Of a stretch of 64,000 bases of DNA, positions 40,323 through 51,023 are shown one piece after another. Numbering within the stretch: the first letter of the stretch is position 1; every line of letters begins with the position of its first letter. The notes under the pieces are model-generated. The model was not told the origin of the DNA, did not search any database, and saw only the letters and a list, made by a program, of their open reading frames with translations. The stretch comes from an uncultured Acidimicrobiia bacterium (GTDB lineage Bacteria > Acidobacteriota > Terriglobia > Versatilivoradales > Versatilivoraceae). The position numbers and the translations under genes were made by a program. The DNA is taken from contig CAWBAT010000008.1 in assembly GCA_963786955.1 (NCBI GenBank), positions 160,001 to 224,000 of the forward strand, in the 5' to 3' direction.

Positions 40323-41690
40323 TTGCTCATGGCCAAAAAGTATCTAATGATGGTTTGTTTCGGTGGACTGCTGTGGATTTGGCCTAGTCCGGCGCTCCCC
40401 GGCACCATTTCGCCTTCAAAGGAAGAATATAAGGCTCGAAGGCAGCATTATATGGATCGAGTCCATGACGGGGTTACTGTGGTCTTTAATGCCCCAGAAA
40501 CAGAAGATGAATTCGTCGTAAGTAGGGATTTCTACTATCTGACCGGGTTTTCCGAGCCGGACGCCATCCTCGTTCTTTCTCCCAAACAGAAAGAGGAGAA
40601 GGTGACGTTGTTCATCCCGGAAAAAAATCCGGACAAGGAGCGCTGGACGGGGCCTAGATTGGAAGCCGGGCGCGAGGCAGAGGAGATGTTGGGAATCGAA
40701 CGAATCCTGACAACCAATCATTTTCAATTTGAATTGTCTCAATTGTGTGCGTCGGAAAAAGTGATCTATACCGTTTTCCCAGTGCATTCTCATGGAGACA
40801 CTCCAACTTTCGAGGACATGCAGGTGGAACGGTTGAAGAAGTTATTTCCGTTTTCGCAGATCAGAAACGCAGCGCCCGAAATCGCTTCGCTTCGGATGAA
40901 GAAATCCAGTGCAGAGATTAATTTGTTAAAAAAGGCGATTGAAATTACTTTGGCCGGTCAGAGGGCGGCTGCCTTGGCGATTGCTGACAACCGCTACGAA
41001 TATGAAGTTGAAGCGGCGCTGGAATACGAATTTCACCGCCTCGGATCAGCTAGGCCGGGGTATCCTTCTATCGTAGGCTCTGGACCGAATTCTTGCATTT
41101 TACACTATGATCAAAACAACAGGATGATGAGGAACGGGGAGCTGGTAGTCGTCGATGTCGGAGCGGTATTCGAAGAGTACACGGCGGATATCACTCGGAC
41201 TTATCCCGTCGGAGGAAAGTTCAATCCTCGACAACTCGAGATTTACGACATTGTCCTGGCAGCTCAAGAGGCAGCCTTGAAGCAAGTTAAGCCAGGCGTT
41301 CAGATTGGGAGGAACGGTCCCATCTATAGGACTGCCTATGATTACATAAATACCCATGGACAAGATCGCCAGGGGAATTCCCTCGGCAGCTACTTTATCC
41401 ACGGGGTCAGTCATCACTTGGGACTTGACGTTCATGATGTCGTTGGGGATCTAAATAGGACACTCGAACCAGGAATGGTGATTACGGTGGAACCCGGCAT
41501 CTATATTCCCGAAGAAAACCTGGGAGTCCGGATTGAAGACGATGTACTTGTCACGGAAACCGGTTATGAATTGCTCTCCAAGGATTTGCCTCGAAAAGCA
41601 GCGGATATAGAGGCGCTCATGGCCCAGATTAAAGAACGGCCATCCCCTGCGGTGGAGACTCGGAAGCAGGCTCCGGAACCTGTGAAATAA
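40323..41690 (+). CDS. pepP: Xaa-Pro aminopeptidase (M24B) with signal peptide
   Basis: DFYYLTG; ADITRT; HHLGLDVHD; EPGIY; RIEDD. Confidence 0.9.
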   Translation: MLMAKKYLMMVCFGGLLWIWPSPALPGTISPSKEEYKARRQHYMDRVHDGVTVVFNAPETEDEFVVSRDFYYLTGFSEPDAILVLSPKQKEEKVTLFIPEKNPDKERWTGPRLEAGREAEEMLGIERILTTNHFQFELSQLCASEKVIYTVFPVHSHGDTPTFEDMQVERLKKLFPFSQIRNAAPEIASLRMKKSSAEINLLKKAIEITLAGQRAAALAIADNRYEYEVEAALEYEFHRLGSARPGYPSIVGSGPNSCILHYDQNNRMMRNGELVVVDVGAVFEEYTADITRTYPVGGKFNPRQLEIYDIVLAAQEAALKQVKPGVQIGRNGPIYRTAYDYINTHGQDRQGNSLGSYFIHGVSHHLGLDVHDVVGDLNRTLEPGMVITVEPGIYIPEENLGVRIEDDVLVTETGYELLSKDLPRKAADIEALMAQIKERPSPAVETRKQAPEPVK

Positions 41691-41875
41691 TTGCGGGCTT
41701 TTGTAGAGAACGCGCGCTGTGTCTTTCCTTGTTGACCGACCGGGAAACCTTGCAGCCGGAGTTCCCTAGCGCTTCGAGAAAATGCTGTGAGAAGTCATGT
41801 GTCCTGCAGGGAGATTGGAATGCTAAAAAGAATCGACCATTTAATTTAAATGACAAGTTTCAGGAGGAATGCGGC

Positions 41876-42436
41876 ATGATTCAGGCAACTGCCCTGCGAA
41901 GGGGAATGCTTATCAAGAAGGATGGTGAACTTTTTTCCGTTTTTTCCGCGATTCATAAGACGCCCGGAAATCTGCGCGGATTTGTTCAGGCCCGACTTCG
42001 CAATTTACGCAATGGTGCCATGGGCGAATTCCGGTTCAGGTCTGTCGACATGGTGGAAAAAGTCTCACTTGACGAGCATGAGATGGAGTACTTGTACAAA
42101 GATGGGAATGATTACTATTTCATGAATACCGAGACCTATGAGCAGACTCATTTGAATGAAGAAGTGCTGGGAGACAGCGTCTTGTATCTGATTCCCAATA
42201 TCAAGATCAAGGTTGAGTTCTATGAAGGGAATCCGATCGGGATCGACTTGCCTGCGTCTGTGGAAATGGTTGTCGTGGAAACCGAACCCGGGTTAAAGAG
42301 TGCCACGGCCTCCAATGTCAACAAGCCTGCCAAGATGGAGACCGGCCTGATCGTGCAAGTGCCGCCGTTCATTGACATAGGAGAGAAGATTCGGGTTGAC
42401 ACCAATGAGGGAAAGTACCTCGAGCGGGTACGATAG
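41876..42436 (+). CDS. efp: Elongation factor P
   Basis: HKTPGNLRGF; FMNTETYEQ; KPAKMETG..VPPFI. Confidence 0.95.
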   Translation: MIQATALRRGMLIKKDGELFSVFSAIHKTPGNLRGFVQARLRNLRNGAMGEFRFRSVDMVEKVSLDEHEMEYLYKDGNDYYFMNTETYEQTHLNEEVLGDSVLYLIPNIKIKVEFYEGNPIGIDLPASVEMVVVETEPGLKSATASNVNKPAKMETGLIVQVPPFIDIGEKIRVDTNEGKYLERVR

Positions 42437-42465
42437 GGCTGCGCGGCTCCGTTTTGGTCGGAGAG

Positions 42466-43938
42466 TTAACCTCGTTCCCCTCCCACAGTCGATTTCGATA
42501 GTCTCATCAGTTTATTGAGCGCCCGGACGAGCTCATCCTCCTCATCCAGGAAAACCGTGCGCAAATCGAGAAGGAGTTGGTCGTCTTCGACGCGAGTAAT
42601 CACCGGAGGCTCTGCCTGTCGAAGTTCTGATTCCAGTTGATTCGTCGAGTGACAGGAACTGCGGATTGCGATCAATCTCGTCGGAAGTCCTGCTTCAGGG
42701 GCCGAGCCCCCTCCGATTAGGGAGACTCCGTCGATGATTCGGATATCCCAATCCGAACTTCTTGAGTTGAGTCGCTCCAGAATGGCGGTTGCCCGATTTT
42801 CGAGTTCCTCGGGACTCATTCCCATCATCCGACATACTGGGATTTCTTCGCGCTCCCGGCCCTTCAAGTAAGAAATCAGGTTGGATTCAAGAATCGTCAA
42901 GGTGAGTTTGTCCACCCTCAGGGCACGAAACAGTGGATTACGGCGCAGTAGCGACACCCAGGGTGTCTTCCCGGCAATGATGCCGGCCTGGGGGCCTCCA
43001 AGCAGCTTATCGCCACTGAAGCAGACCATGGGAACTCCAAGATCAAGACTTGCTCTTGGAGTCGGTTCGTTTTCTATCCCCACTGATTTCATGTCGATCA
43101 GACATCCGCTCCCTTGATCTTCCAACAGAGGAATCGCTTTCTCGATCGAGAGATTCAAAAGTTCTTCTAGAGAGGGTTTTGCTGTGAACCCAATCATCTT
43201 GAAATTACTCTGATGGACTCTCAGGATGAGCCGGGTTCGATCCGTCAACGCGTTTACGTAATCGGAAATTCCCGTCCTGTTCGTTGTCCCAATTTCTTTG
43301 AGAATTGCGCCACTCTTTCTCAAAATATCCGGAATCCGGAAGCCATCTCCAATTTCGACTAATTCTCCGCGCGAGATCAGCACTTCTCCGCCTTCCGCCA
43401 AGGTATTGAGAGCCAGGAATACTGCTGATGCACAATTGTTGACGACAATGGCTTGCTCACATCCGAGAATGTCCCGGAGCAGTTGGTCCGCAAAAATGTC
43501 CCGCTTGCCTCGTTTCCCGCTTTCGAGGTTGTATTCAAGATTTGAATAATGCGCCCCTGTCTCCAGCAACTGCTCGATCCCTTTCGGGCTTAAGGGAGCC
43601 CGCCCCAGGTTGGTATGGAGAATGACTCCTGTAGCGTTGATCACTCGCCTCAGTCGGGGAGTCGTTCGGCTTATGACAGATTCTTTTAGAATCAGCAAGA
43701 TAGAGTCCAGGATTTCGGATTGAGTCCAAACTTGTTCTATCCTCTCAGCAGGTTTTTGCCGAAACCTATGGAGAATATGGCGGAGCTGATTGACGATAAA
43801 GGGACGGCCTGTCTGCTCGATCAACGGAGAAATTTCCGGGTGCTCGAGAAGACTCTCAACAGAAGGGATAGCACGGAGAGGGTTTATGGGGGGTTCTTTC
43901 ATAGTCCGAATTTCATCATAGAGCCCGCGAGTCGTCAA
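42466..43938 (-). CDS. selA: L-seryl-tRNA(Sec) selenium transferase
   Basis: VINATGVILHTNLGRAPL; FSGDKLLGGPQAG; RALRVDK. Confidence 0.95.
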   Translation of the reverse strand: MTTRGLYDEIRTMKEPPINPLRAIPSVESLLEHPEISPLIEQTGRPFIVNQLRHILHRFRQKPAERIEQVWTQSEILDSILLILKESVISRTTPRLRRVINATGVILHTNLGRAPLSPKGIEQLLETGAHYSNLEYNLESGKRGKRDIFADQLLRDILGCEQAIVVNNCASAVFLALNTLAEGGEVLISRGELVEIGDGFRIPDILRKSGAILKEIGTTNRTGISDYVNALTDRTRLILRVHQSNFKMIGFTAKPSLEELLNLSIEKAIPLLEDQGSGCLIDMKSVGIENEPTPRASLDLGVPMVCFSGDKLLGGPQAGIIAGKTPWVSLLRRNPLFRALRVDKLTLTILESNLISYLKGREREEIPVCRMMGMSPEELENRATAILERLNSRSSDWDIRIIDGVSLIGGGSAPEAGLPTRLIAIRSSCHSTNQLESELRQAEPPVITRVEDDQLLLDLRTVFLDEEDELVRALNKLMRLSKSTVGGERG

Positions 43939-44104
43939 CTTTCACGTTGACCCTTTCAGGTCGCGAAGATAAGATCCAATCTCAGACACGGCTCGATTCG
44001 ACACCACTTCTGCCCATACTCAAATAACTCGTGACCCTTAGAGGATCCCTGTTGGCAAAGGGACTGCCAAGGAGTCATGAGCAAATGTAAGTTTACCAAA
44101 TGCG

Positions 44105-44701
44105 ATGGCAACCGCGCCGACGAATGCAGATTTTGACCAGGCACTAGACAACCTCGAAGACGGGATTCGAAGGCTGAAGATCGAGTACGAGATCTTCTTC
44201 AGCGGGGGCTCGAAAAAGATCCCCTATGACCTTCGCTGGCGTGTCGAATCCATGATCAAACGGTATGGTGATTTAGGCAAGATGAGTTTTGCCCATCGCT
44301 TCCGCTACAACACCCTGGTTGCCAAATTTCACTCTTACAGCGAATTGTGGCGACGCAACTTAAAAAATAAGGAGGAGGGGAAACTGAGTTATGCTGCGTC
44401 AGTGTTCCCCGATCCTGAAACTTCGGGTGATGGAAAAGCCAATGGGGACCGCTTGATCTGTCAACTCATTTGCAAGGACCCCGAATCCGAAGACGAGAAG
44501 GTTCAAAATTTGTTCAAAAGCCTGGTTGAGGCTAAACGCGAGTGCGGCGAAAATCCAGAAAACCTGCAATTTGACTCTTTTAAGAGATTCCTCTTGGATA
44601 AGACAGCCAAGCTGAAAAGCCAGTTCAAATGTGATTCTGTCTGTTATGTTATTTCCGTAGAATCTGGCAAAGTAAGGCTAGTTGCCAAAGGGAATAATTG
44701 A
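44105..44701 (+). CDS. MXAN_5187 C-terminal domain protein
   Basis: RRLKIEYEIFFSG; RFRYNTL; VESGKVRLVAK. Confidence 0.75.
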   Translation: MATAPTNADFDQALDNLEDGIRRLKIEYEIFFSGGSKKIPYDLRWRVESMIKRYGDLGKMSFAHRFRYNTLVAKFHSYSELWRRNLKNKEEGKLSYAASVFPDPETSGDGKANGDRLICQLICKDPESEDEKVQNLFKSLVEAKRECGENPENLQFDSFKRFLLDKTAKLKSQFKCDSVCYVISVESGKVRLVAKGNN

Positions 44702-44816
44702 CGCTTTTGCCATAGGAATCAAAGTCGGGCAGAAACGCCGCGCTTCGCTGAAGAATCCTACCCACCTGTGAGGCCCAAAACCTACTTCCCCTCCAAACGG
44801 GGATTTTCAAAGGCGG

Positions 44817-44899
44817 CTCATTGGTCATTGTTCACTTTTCATTTCTCATTTTATGGAAGAGCTTAAATGAAAGGTAACTAATGAAAATGGCCCAATGAG
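44817..44899. repeat. Inverted pair of heptamer tandem arrays
   Basis: tcattgg tcattgt tcacttt tcatttc tcatttt ... taaatga aaggtaa ctaatga aaatggc ccaatga. Confidence 0.7.
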
Positions 44900-45042
44900 A
44901 AATAGGGTTTTTGCGGACGGGAAAGATTCACCCATCAAGATTGACGTCTGCCTTTCCCCCCTGACGGAAGGGTTGGGTTGACAGAGACGAGTTAGAAGAT
45001 TCAAATTGAAACCATCGCCGTACCTGTGAAACAAGCTCAATA

Positions 45043-45804
45043 GTGCGCCATTTCCTTGATATTGAATTCTCCAACCTTCAAAAGATGCTAGCCTACTGGT
45101 TTCTTCTTTTGCTCCTCGGCAGTGGATCGGTCTCATCGGCAGCATCGGGACGGCCAGACCCGGCTCCTCAGATTGTCCAAGATGCGGCACAGCTCATGCC
45201 TCGTTCTTTCCGTGGCCTCCTTCCGAAATACTCTTCGAATCTTGTCCTAGGCACAAATCGGTTTTCTTCCCAACCCTATCTGGACCGTCAAGGGCGTGAG
45301 TTGCTCGAGCAAAAAATATTGGCTCAACTCGAAGGGACCGTAAACATTCTTCTTGGGGCTAGACCCAAGTTTTCTTTGGTGATGGAGGAACTCGGTTTGC
45401 TGGCAGAGATGATGCTCCTGTTAAATCTTCCTGACCTGGAAGAACCCGCTCGGGAAGACTTTCTTTCACTGAAGTCCGGGATTGAAATCAACAGTCCTTC
45501 TTTTCGACGGGTAGTATATGATTCTACCGAGTTGGGTTCCGGTTCGGATTCGGTAAAGGAATTCTTGCGGGAAATTCGCGGTCGGAGAGTTCTCGTTACC
45601 CGTTGGTACAAAGACTTTTTTTTCGATAAATCACCGCTTGACCTGACGATTCCTCTAGATCCAAAATCTCCACCTTTCGGGGTTCTGTCGCTGGTCTATT
45701 CGCACACTGTTAATGATCTGGCCAGGTTGTGGCTTTGGATCTGGCGAGAGGCGAACGGCGACATGGCAGGAAGCCCGCTGCTAAACGGTTCAAGCCAGAA
45801 ATAG
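45043..45804 (+). CDS. Secreted hypothetical protein
   Basis: 253-aa ORF with a hydrophobic leader; SLVYSHTVNDLARLWLWIWREANGD. Confidence 0.65.
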   Translation: MRHFLDIEFSNLQKMLAYWFLLLLLGSGSVSSAASGRPDPAPQIVQDAAQLMPRSFRGLLPKYSSNLVLGTNRFSSQPYLDRQGRELLEQKILAQLEGTVNILLGARPKFSLVMEELGLLAEMMLLLNLPDLEEPAREDFLSLKSGIEINSPSFRRVVYDSTELGSGSDSVKEFLREIRGRRVLVTRWYKDFFFDKSPLDLTIPLDPKSPPFGVLSLVYSHTVNDLARLWLWIWREANGDMAGSPLLNGSSQK

Positions 45805-45993
45805 GGCATTTCTGCAAGAGCGCTGACCCGGGACGGAACTAGTGCTGTCTAGAGTCAAAGCAGATTGGGTTGAAATTCTGCCCCGCGGCGCGAATCTCGG
45901 AATCGTCCTGATTCGCAGCGGTTGGGTTTGGTTCGCTTCTATTTCCGCAGGGTTGCTTAAGAGCAGATAGGTCTTTACTAAAGGAGTCATCCC

Positions 45994-47565
45994 ATGAATA
46001 CAGTCCGTAGGGCTTTAATCAGCGTTTCCAATAAAAACGGGATATTGGAATTAGCCAAGGGACTTGCAGTCCTGAAAATTGAGATTGTTTCAACTGGCGG
46101 GACAGCCAAAGCCCTTAAGGAGGCCAATGTTCCTGTCAGAGAGATCTCGGAACTCACGAGTTTCCCGGAGATCCTGGATGGGCGCGTCAAAACCCTTCAC
46201 CCCAAAGTGCATGGGGGAATTCTGGGAATCCGGGAGAATCCGGTTCACCAGCAACAAATGGCGAGCAACGATATTGCTCCGATTGACATGGTGGTGGTGA
46301 ATCTCTATCCGTTTGAGGAAACGACAGCCAAACCCGGAGCCTCCTTCGAAGAGATCATTGAGAATATTGATATTGGGGGCCCGGCGATGATCCGATCCGC
46401 GGCCAAGAACTTCCACGATGTCCTAGTGGTGGTCCAACCGGATGACTATGGATGGGTCCTGGAAGAGCTCAGAAGAACCCAATTGTCGCTCCCATTGGAG
46501 TCGAAGTTTCGTCTGGCTCAGAAAGCGATTGCCCTGACGGCCCGCTATGATTCGGCGATTTCTTCTTATTTGTCCAGGCTCGCGCACAAGGATGGCGAGT
46601 TTAAGCTCGCGCAGGAATTTCCCGAGAGGATGTACGTTTCTTTAGAGAAAGTGAGTGATCTCCGGTACGGAGAAAATCCTCATCAGAAGGCTGCATTTTA
46701 CCGCGAGTTGACCCCTTTTGATTCAATACTGCCAGATGCCAAACAACTTCAAGGCAAGGAACTCTCATTTAACAATATTCTGGATCTCAATGCCGCTTTT
46801 CAGATTGCGAGAGAATTTTCAATTCCTTGTGCTTCCATCATCAAGCACACCAATCCTTGCGGGGTAGGCATTTCTGTGAACTCGCAGTCAGAAGCCTATA
46901 TTCGTGCCAGGGAATGCGATCCGTTGTCTGCGTTTGGTTCGGTACTTGGCTTTAATCAGGTGGTTGCCAAAGATACTGCCAAGGAAGTGGTTCTGACCTT
47001 TGTTGAAGCGATCATTGCGCCGGGATATACGGATGAGGCCCTGGAGTTATTAGCAACCAAGAAAAATTTACGATTGATCCAGTATCGCAAAGATCACATT
47101 AAGCTTCATCCTTTTGACTATAAGAGAGTGGAAGGAGGCTTGCTTGTTCAGGAGGCAGATCGGGTAGATACCGGAGAGGGAGAATGGAAGGTGGTTACAC
47201 GGCGTGAGCCAAGTCTAGAAGAGTTCCAAGCCCTCTCATTTGCATGGAGAATCGTCAAACACGTGAAATCGAACGCCATTGTTTACGCGAATGAAATCCA
47301 AACTGTAGGAATTGGCGCCGGACAGATGAGCCGGGTAGATTCCGCCCAGCTCGGCATCAGCAAGTCGCGGCTGCCCATCAAAGGGTGTGTTATGGCCTCC
47401 GATGCCTTTTTCCCGTTCCGCGATGGAGTGGATGTAGCCGCCTTAGCAGGAATTCGAGCCATCATCCAACCCGGGGGATCACTTAAAGATGGAGAAGTTA
47501 CTGCCGCTGCCGATGAACATCAAATGGCTATGATTATGACTGGAATGAGACATTTCAAACATTGA
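45994..47565 (+). CDS. purH: Bifunctional AICAR transformylase/IMP cyclohydrolase
   Basis: STGGTA; GRVKTLHP; RYGENPHQ; SDAFFPF; RHFKH. Confidence 0.98.
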   Translation: MNTVRRALISVSNKNGILELAKGLAVLKIEIVSTGGTAKALKEANVPVREISELTSFPEILDGRVKTLHPKVHGGILGIRENPVHQQQMASNDIAPIDMVVVNLYPFEETTAKPGASFEEIIENIDIGGPAMIRSAAKNFHDVLVVVQPDDYGWVLEELRRTQLSLPLESKFRLAQKAIALTARYDSAISSYLSRLAHKDGEFKLAQEFPERMYVSLEKVSDLRYGENPHQKAAFYRELTPFDSILPDAKQLQGKELSFNNILDLNAAFQIAREFSIPCASIIKHTNPCGVGISVNSQSEAYIRARECDPLSAFGSVLGFNQVVAKDTAKEVVLTFVEAIIAPGYTDEALELLATKKNLRLIQYRKDHIKLHPFDYKRVEGGLLVQEADRVDTGEGEWKVVTRREPSLEEFQALSFAWRIVKHVKSNAIVYANEIQTVGIGAGQMSRVDSAQLGISKSRLPIKGCVMASDAFFPFRDGVDVAALAGIRAIIQPGGSLKDGEVTAAADEHQMAMIMTGMRHFKH

Positions 47566-47618
47566 CTTAGCCAAAAACTGCATGGGATAATTCTTATGCG
47601 GACTGAGGATCCTATCGA

Positions 47619-49655
47619 ATGAAAATACAATCCCGAATTGCCTGGAGAACCAGCGGCCATCTACGTGTGTTGATGCTCTGTTATTTAATGATTTACCCAA
47701 CCCTCTCACTACTGGGGGGAGAGAAAAAGTCAAACGAGGATAAAGCCCAATCCAGTTCACGAGCAGCAGCCTATTATCATTTCAGTCAAGCCCGGCTACT
47801 GGACGAAAACGGCGACTTTCTAAAGGCTTTGGAGGAGTATAAGAAGGCAGTTCAACAGGATCCGAAATCTTCTAACTTGTATATCGAGTTGGCTAACGCT
47901 TACCTGCGCCATCGGCGCGTGAGAGATGCGATCCAGGAGGCTGAGAATGCAATCAAGATTGACGAGAATAACCTGGAAGCCCATCGCCTTTTAGGAAGTA
48001 TCTACTACCAAATCATCAGGAATGAAGAGACGGGCCGGCAGACGGGTTCGAGTGAATACCTCAAGAAGGCGATCCAGGAGTATGAGAAAATTTGCCAATT
48101 AGAGCCTACAGATACGAATTCGTTATTGATATTGAGCCTTCTCTACCGTTATGACGGTTCCTCCGATAAAGCGATCGAAACCGCCAAACGGCTCCTGGAA
48201 GTCGCCCCCTCATCTGAATCTGGCTTGACCACGTTGGCCCAGATCTATACCGATCAGGGGAATATCAATGAGGCCATCAATGTCTTTAAGAAGGCTCTCG
48301 AAGTCAATCCGAACTCTCCTCGCGTCCTCGAGCAGATGGCCTTTGCTTACTTGCAGTTGAAGGATTATAAGAACTCCATCGAAACCTACCGCAAAGCCAT
48401 TGCTGCAGACGATGACAATCTGGACTTGCGAAAGGGTTTCGCCTACACCCTGCTTGAAGACAATCAAGATGCGCAGGCTGAAACGGAGTTTCTTAAGATC
48501 TTGGAAGCCGATCCCGATGACGGAAATTCTCACTTTCGGCTGGGCCAGATCTACCGGAAAAAGAAAGATTACGACAAAGCCCTCAGCGAGTTGACTAAGG
48601 CGAGTTCCATTCTGGTCGGGAATCTGGAGGTTTCTTTCTATCTGGCCACCCTTTATGAAGAACTCGGAAAATTTGAAAAGGCGGAAGAGCGATTCCAGCA
48701 GCTACTCAAACTGATTGAAAAGCCCGCCGGTACTTATGCGCCGGGAGAAATCCAAAACCGAACCATTTTCCTGACCCATGCGGGGTACGTCTGTGAGCAG
48801 TTAGAAAAGTATCCCCAGGCGATCACTTATTTCTCAGAAATAAAAACTTTGTCTGCAGAAAATGCCGCAAAGTCTGACAGCTATTTGATTGACACTTACC
48901 GGGCTGCCAAACAGCTTGACAAGGCTCTAGCCCTCGCCGAAAAAGGGCTGAAAGAATATCCTAACGATCAGGATTTCAAAATGCTTTATGCCGATGTCCT
49001 GGCAGAAAGCGGAAAGTCTGCCGAGTCCATCAAGCTGCTACAAGATATGTTGACCGGCAAAGAAGATGACCAGAAAGTGTATGCCGCCATGGTACAAATT
49101 TATCAACGCGACAAGAAGTTTAAGGATGCCGAGAAAGTGCTTCTGAGTTCTGAGAAGTATTTCAAGAATAGTGAATCCTTCAATTTTATGCTGGGATCGA
49201 TTTACGAGCGGGAGAAGGAATTTGAAAAGGCGGAAACGGTTTTTAAGAAAATCCTGGAAAGCAATCCCGAGCACACGGCATCTTTAAACTATCTCGGCTA
49301 TATGCTTGCGGACCAGGGCATTCGGCTGGAAGAAGCACTCCGAATGATCAAGAAGGCGGTTGATCAGGAACCTAGTAATGGCGCTTATCTGGATAGTTTG
49401 GGATGGGTCTACTACAAGTTGAACCGGAACGACGAAGCGGAGACTTATCTCAAGAAAGCCGCTGACCGCGTTCGAAAAGATCCCACGGTTCACGATCATT
49501 TGGGTGACTTGTACTATCGAAAAGGACAGTATGAGCAGGCCCGCGTCGCATGGGAGCAGTCCTTGGCGTTCGGCCAGGATGAAGAAGAGAGCCGAAAGAT
49601 CCAAAAGAAGGTTGAAGAGCTAAAGATCAAGCTGGCCCAGCTCGAAAAAAAATAA
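47619..49655 (+). CDS. TPR-repeat protein
   Basis: Many TPR units; LNYLGYMLAD; YLDSLGWVYYK. Confidence 0.9.
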   Translation: MKIQSRIAWRTSGHLRVLMLCYLMIYPTLSLLGGEKKSNEDKAQSSSRAAAYYHFSQARLLDENGDFLKALEEYKKAVQQDPKSSNLYIELANAYLRHRRVRDAIQEAENAIKIDENNLEAHRLLGSIYYQIIRNEETGRQTGSSEYLKKAIQEYEKICQLEPTDTNSLLILSLLYRYDGSSDKAIETAKRLLEVAPSSESGLTTLAQIYTDQGNINEAINVFKKALEVNPNSPRVLEQMAFAYLQLKDYKNSIETYRKAIAADDDNLDLRKGFAYTLLEDNQDAQAETEFLKILEADPDDGNSHFRLGQIYRKKKDYDKALSELTKASSILVGNLEVSFYLATLYEELGKFEKAEERFQQLLKLIEKPAGTYAPGEIQNRTIFLTHAGYVCEQLEKYPQAITYFSEIKTLSAENAAKSDSYLIDTYRAAKQLDKALALAEKGLKEYPNDQDFKMLYADVLAESGKSAESIKLLQDMLTGKEDDQKVYAAMVQIYQRDKKFKDAEKVLLSSEKYFKNSESFNFMLGSIYEREKEFEKAETVFKKILESNPEHTASLNYLGYMLADQGIRLEEALRMIKKAVDQEPSNGAYLDSLGWVYYKLNRNDEAETYLKKAADRVRKDPTVHDHLGDLYYRKGQYEQARVAWEQSLAFGQDEEESRKIQKKVEELKIKLAQLEKK

Positions 49656-49787
49656 TCAGTCTGCCTCAAGCCTTGAGAGCCGTGCCTCTGCATGACTCGA
49701 CAGGCAGAGAAGTTTGTCTCTTCCTTTGGCTCAGTCTGCGGATTGAGCTTTTTTTTTGTGATTCAATGGGTGTTGGCGAGGGGAGCA

Positions 49788-50600
49788 GTGAAGCGTCAGC
49801 AAGTCGTTCTGCACAGTTACGCTAAAGTGAACTTTGGGTTGCAGGTCCTGGGGAAAAGGGAAGACGGCTTCCATGAAATCCGGACCATCCTTCAATCGAT
49901 TGACTTGCATGACCGAATTGTTTTAGCCCAGCGCCGTGAGCCGGGCATAGAATTTGCTTCGAATTCCCCGGATTTACACCCTACACGCAATTTAGTCTGT
50001 GACGCCATTCGCTTGTTCTTCCGCAAATTGAAGATCCGCGGGGGAGCCAGGGTCTATTTGGATAAGAGAATCCCGGTCGGCGCCGGGTTGGGAGGCGGGA
50101 GCAGCAATGCTGCAGCAACTCTTAGCGGCTTGTCCTTTCTCTACGATCGTTCCTTGCCTGTCAGTCAACTGCTCGAGTGGGGAGGGGAACTGGGGTCGGA
50201 TGTCCCTTTCTTCTTCCTGGGCGGAAGATGTCTAGGTGTCGGGACAGGGGCCGAAGTTTACCCTCTTGAAGATTCCCCCAAACAGTACATTTTACTGGTA
50301 GTTCCTTCTTTTCCGGTTGCAACAGCCGGGGCCTATTCACGTTTGAGTTTGAAGTTGACAAAGAAGAGTAGCCTCGGTAAAATTCCAAGCTTCTGCTCAG
50401 GTTACCTGAACAGCTTGAGTGGTGTGCTGTCTCTGAAAAATGATTTTGAATCGGTAGTTTTTTCGGATTTTCCTCAACTCAAGAAAATCAAGCAGTTACT
50501 GGTAAAGTCAGGAGCAAGGGGCGCAGGATTGTCGGGGAGCGGTTCTGCCCTGTTCGGGGTTTTTGGTTCCAGAAAGAGCTCTTCCAGGCGCGTTCTATGA
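49788..50600 (+). CDS. ispE: CDP-ME kinase (probable indel near the 3' end)
   Basis: AKVNFGL; KRIPVGAGLGGGSSNAA; LGSDVPFF; SGSGS. Confidence 0.93.
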   Translation: MKRQQVVLHSYAKVNFGLQVLGKREDGFHEIRTILQSIDLHDRIVLAQRREPGIEFASNSPDLHPTRNLVCDAIRLFFRKLKIRGGARVYLDKRIPVGAGLGGGSSNAAATLSGLSFLYDRSLPVSQLLEWGGELGSDVPFFFLGGRCLGVGTGAEVYPLEDSPKQYILLVVPSFPVATAGAYSRLSLKLTKKSSLGKIPSFCSGYLNSLSGVLSLKNDFESVVFSDFPQLKKIKQLLVKSGARGAGLSGSGSALFGVFGSRKSSSRRVL

Positions 50601-50689
50601 TGGAGGCCGGGGAGATTCGACTGATCGAAAGCTGCACATTAAATCGGGTCGAATTTCTGAAACACTTTTTTGAGGCTTCTCCTCGAAAT

Positions 50690-50764
50690 TGGGGCGTCGT
50701 CAAGCGGTAAGACACAGGTCTTTGGCACCTGCATTCGGAGGTTCGAATCCTCCCGCCCCAGCCA
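50690..50764 (+). tRNA. tRNA-Gln(TTG)
   Basis: TGGGGCG/CGCCCCA acceptor stem; CAGGT-CTTTGGC-ACCTG; GGTTCGAATCC; 3' CCA. Confidence 0.97.
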
Positions 50765-51023
50765 AAATGGTCCCTCCCGGACCCCCCTTCTTGTAATTCC
50801 TCGCTGGCTGTTTTCCTCGGAAAACCCCAAGAGGCATCGAGTATTGTTGAGGGTCGCAGCATCAGGCGACAAACGGCCACAGCGGTGGGAATTCTGCTTG
50901 ACGTTTTTGATTCGGGACCGGAGAGAGTAGTCGGGAAGGCGAAGTGGAAGGGCAGCTTCAAGCGAAACAGATTAATCCGTTGTCGCCCGAGCTTGGAAGG
51001 TTCCATAGGAGAGCATTGAATCT

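Noticed and set aside
45805-45993. ZMP/ZTP riboswitch upstream of purH
   Set aside because: I could not find the conserved motif elements by eye; an Rfam scan would settle it.
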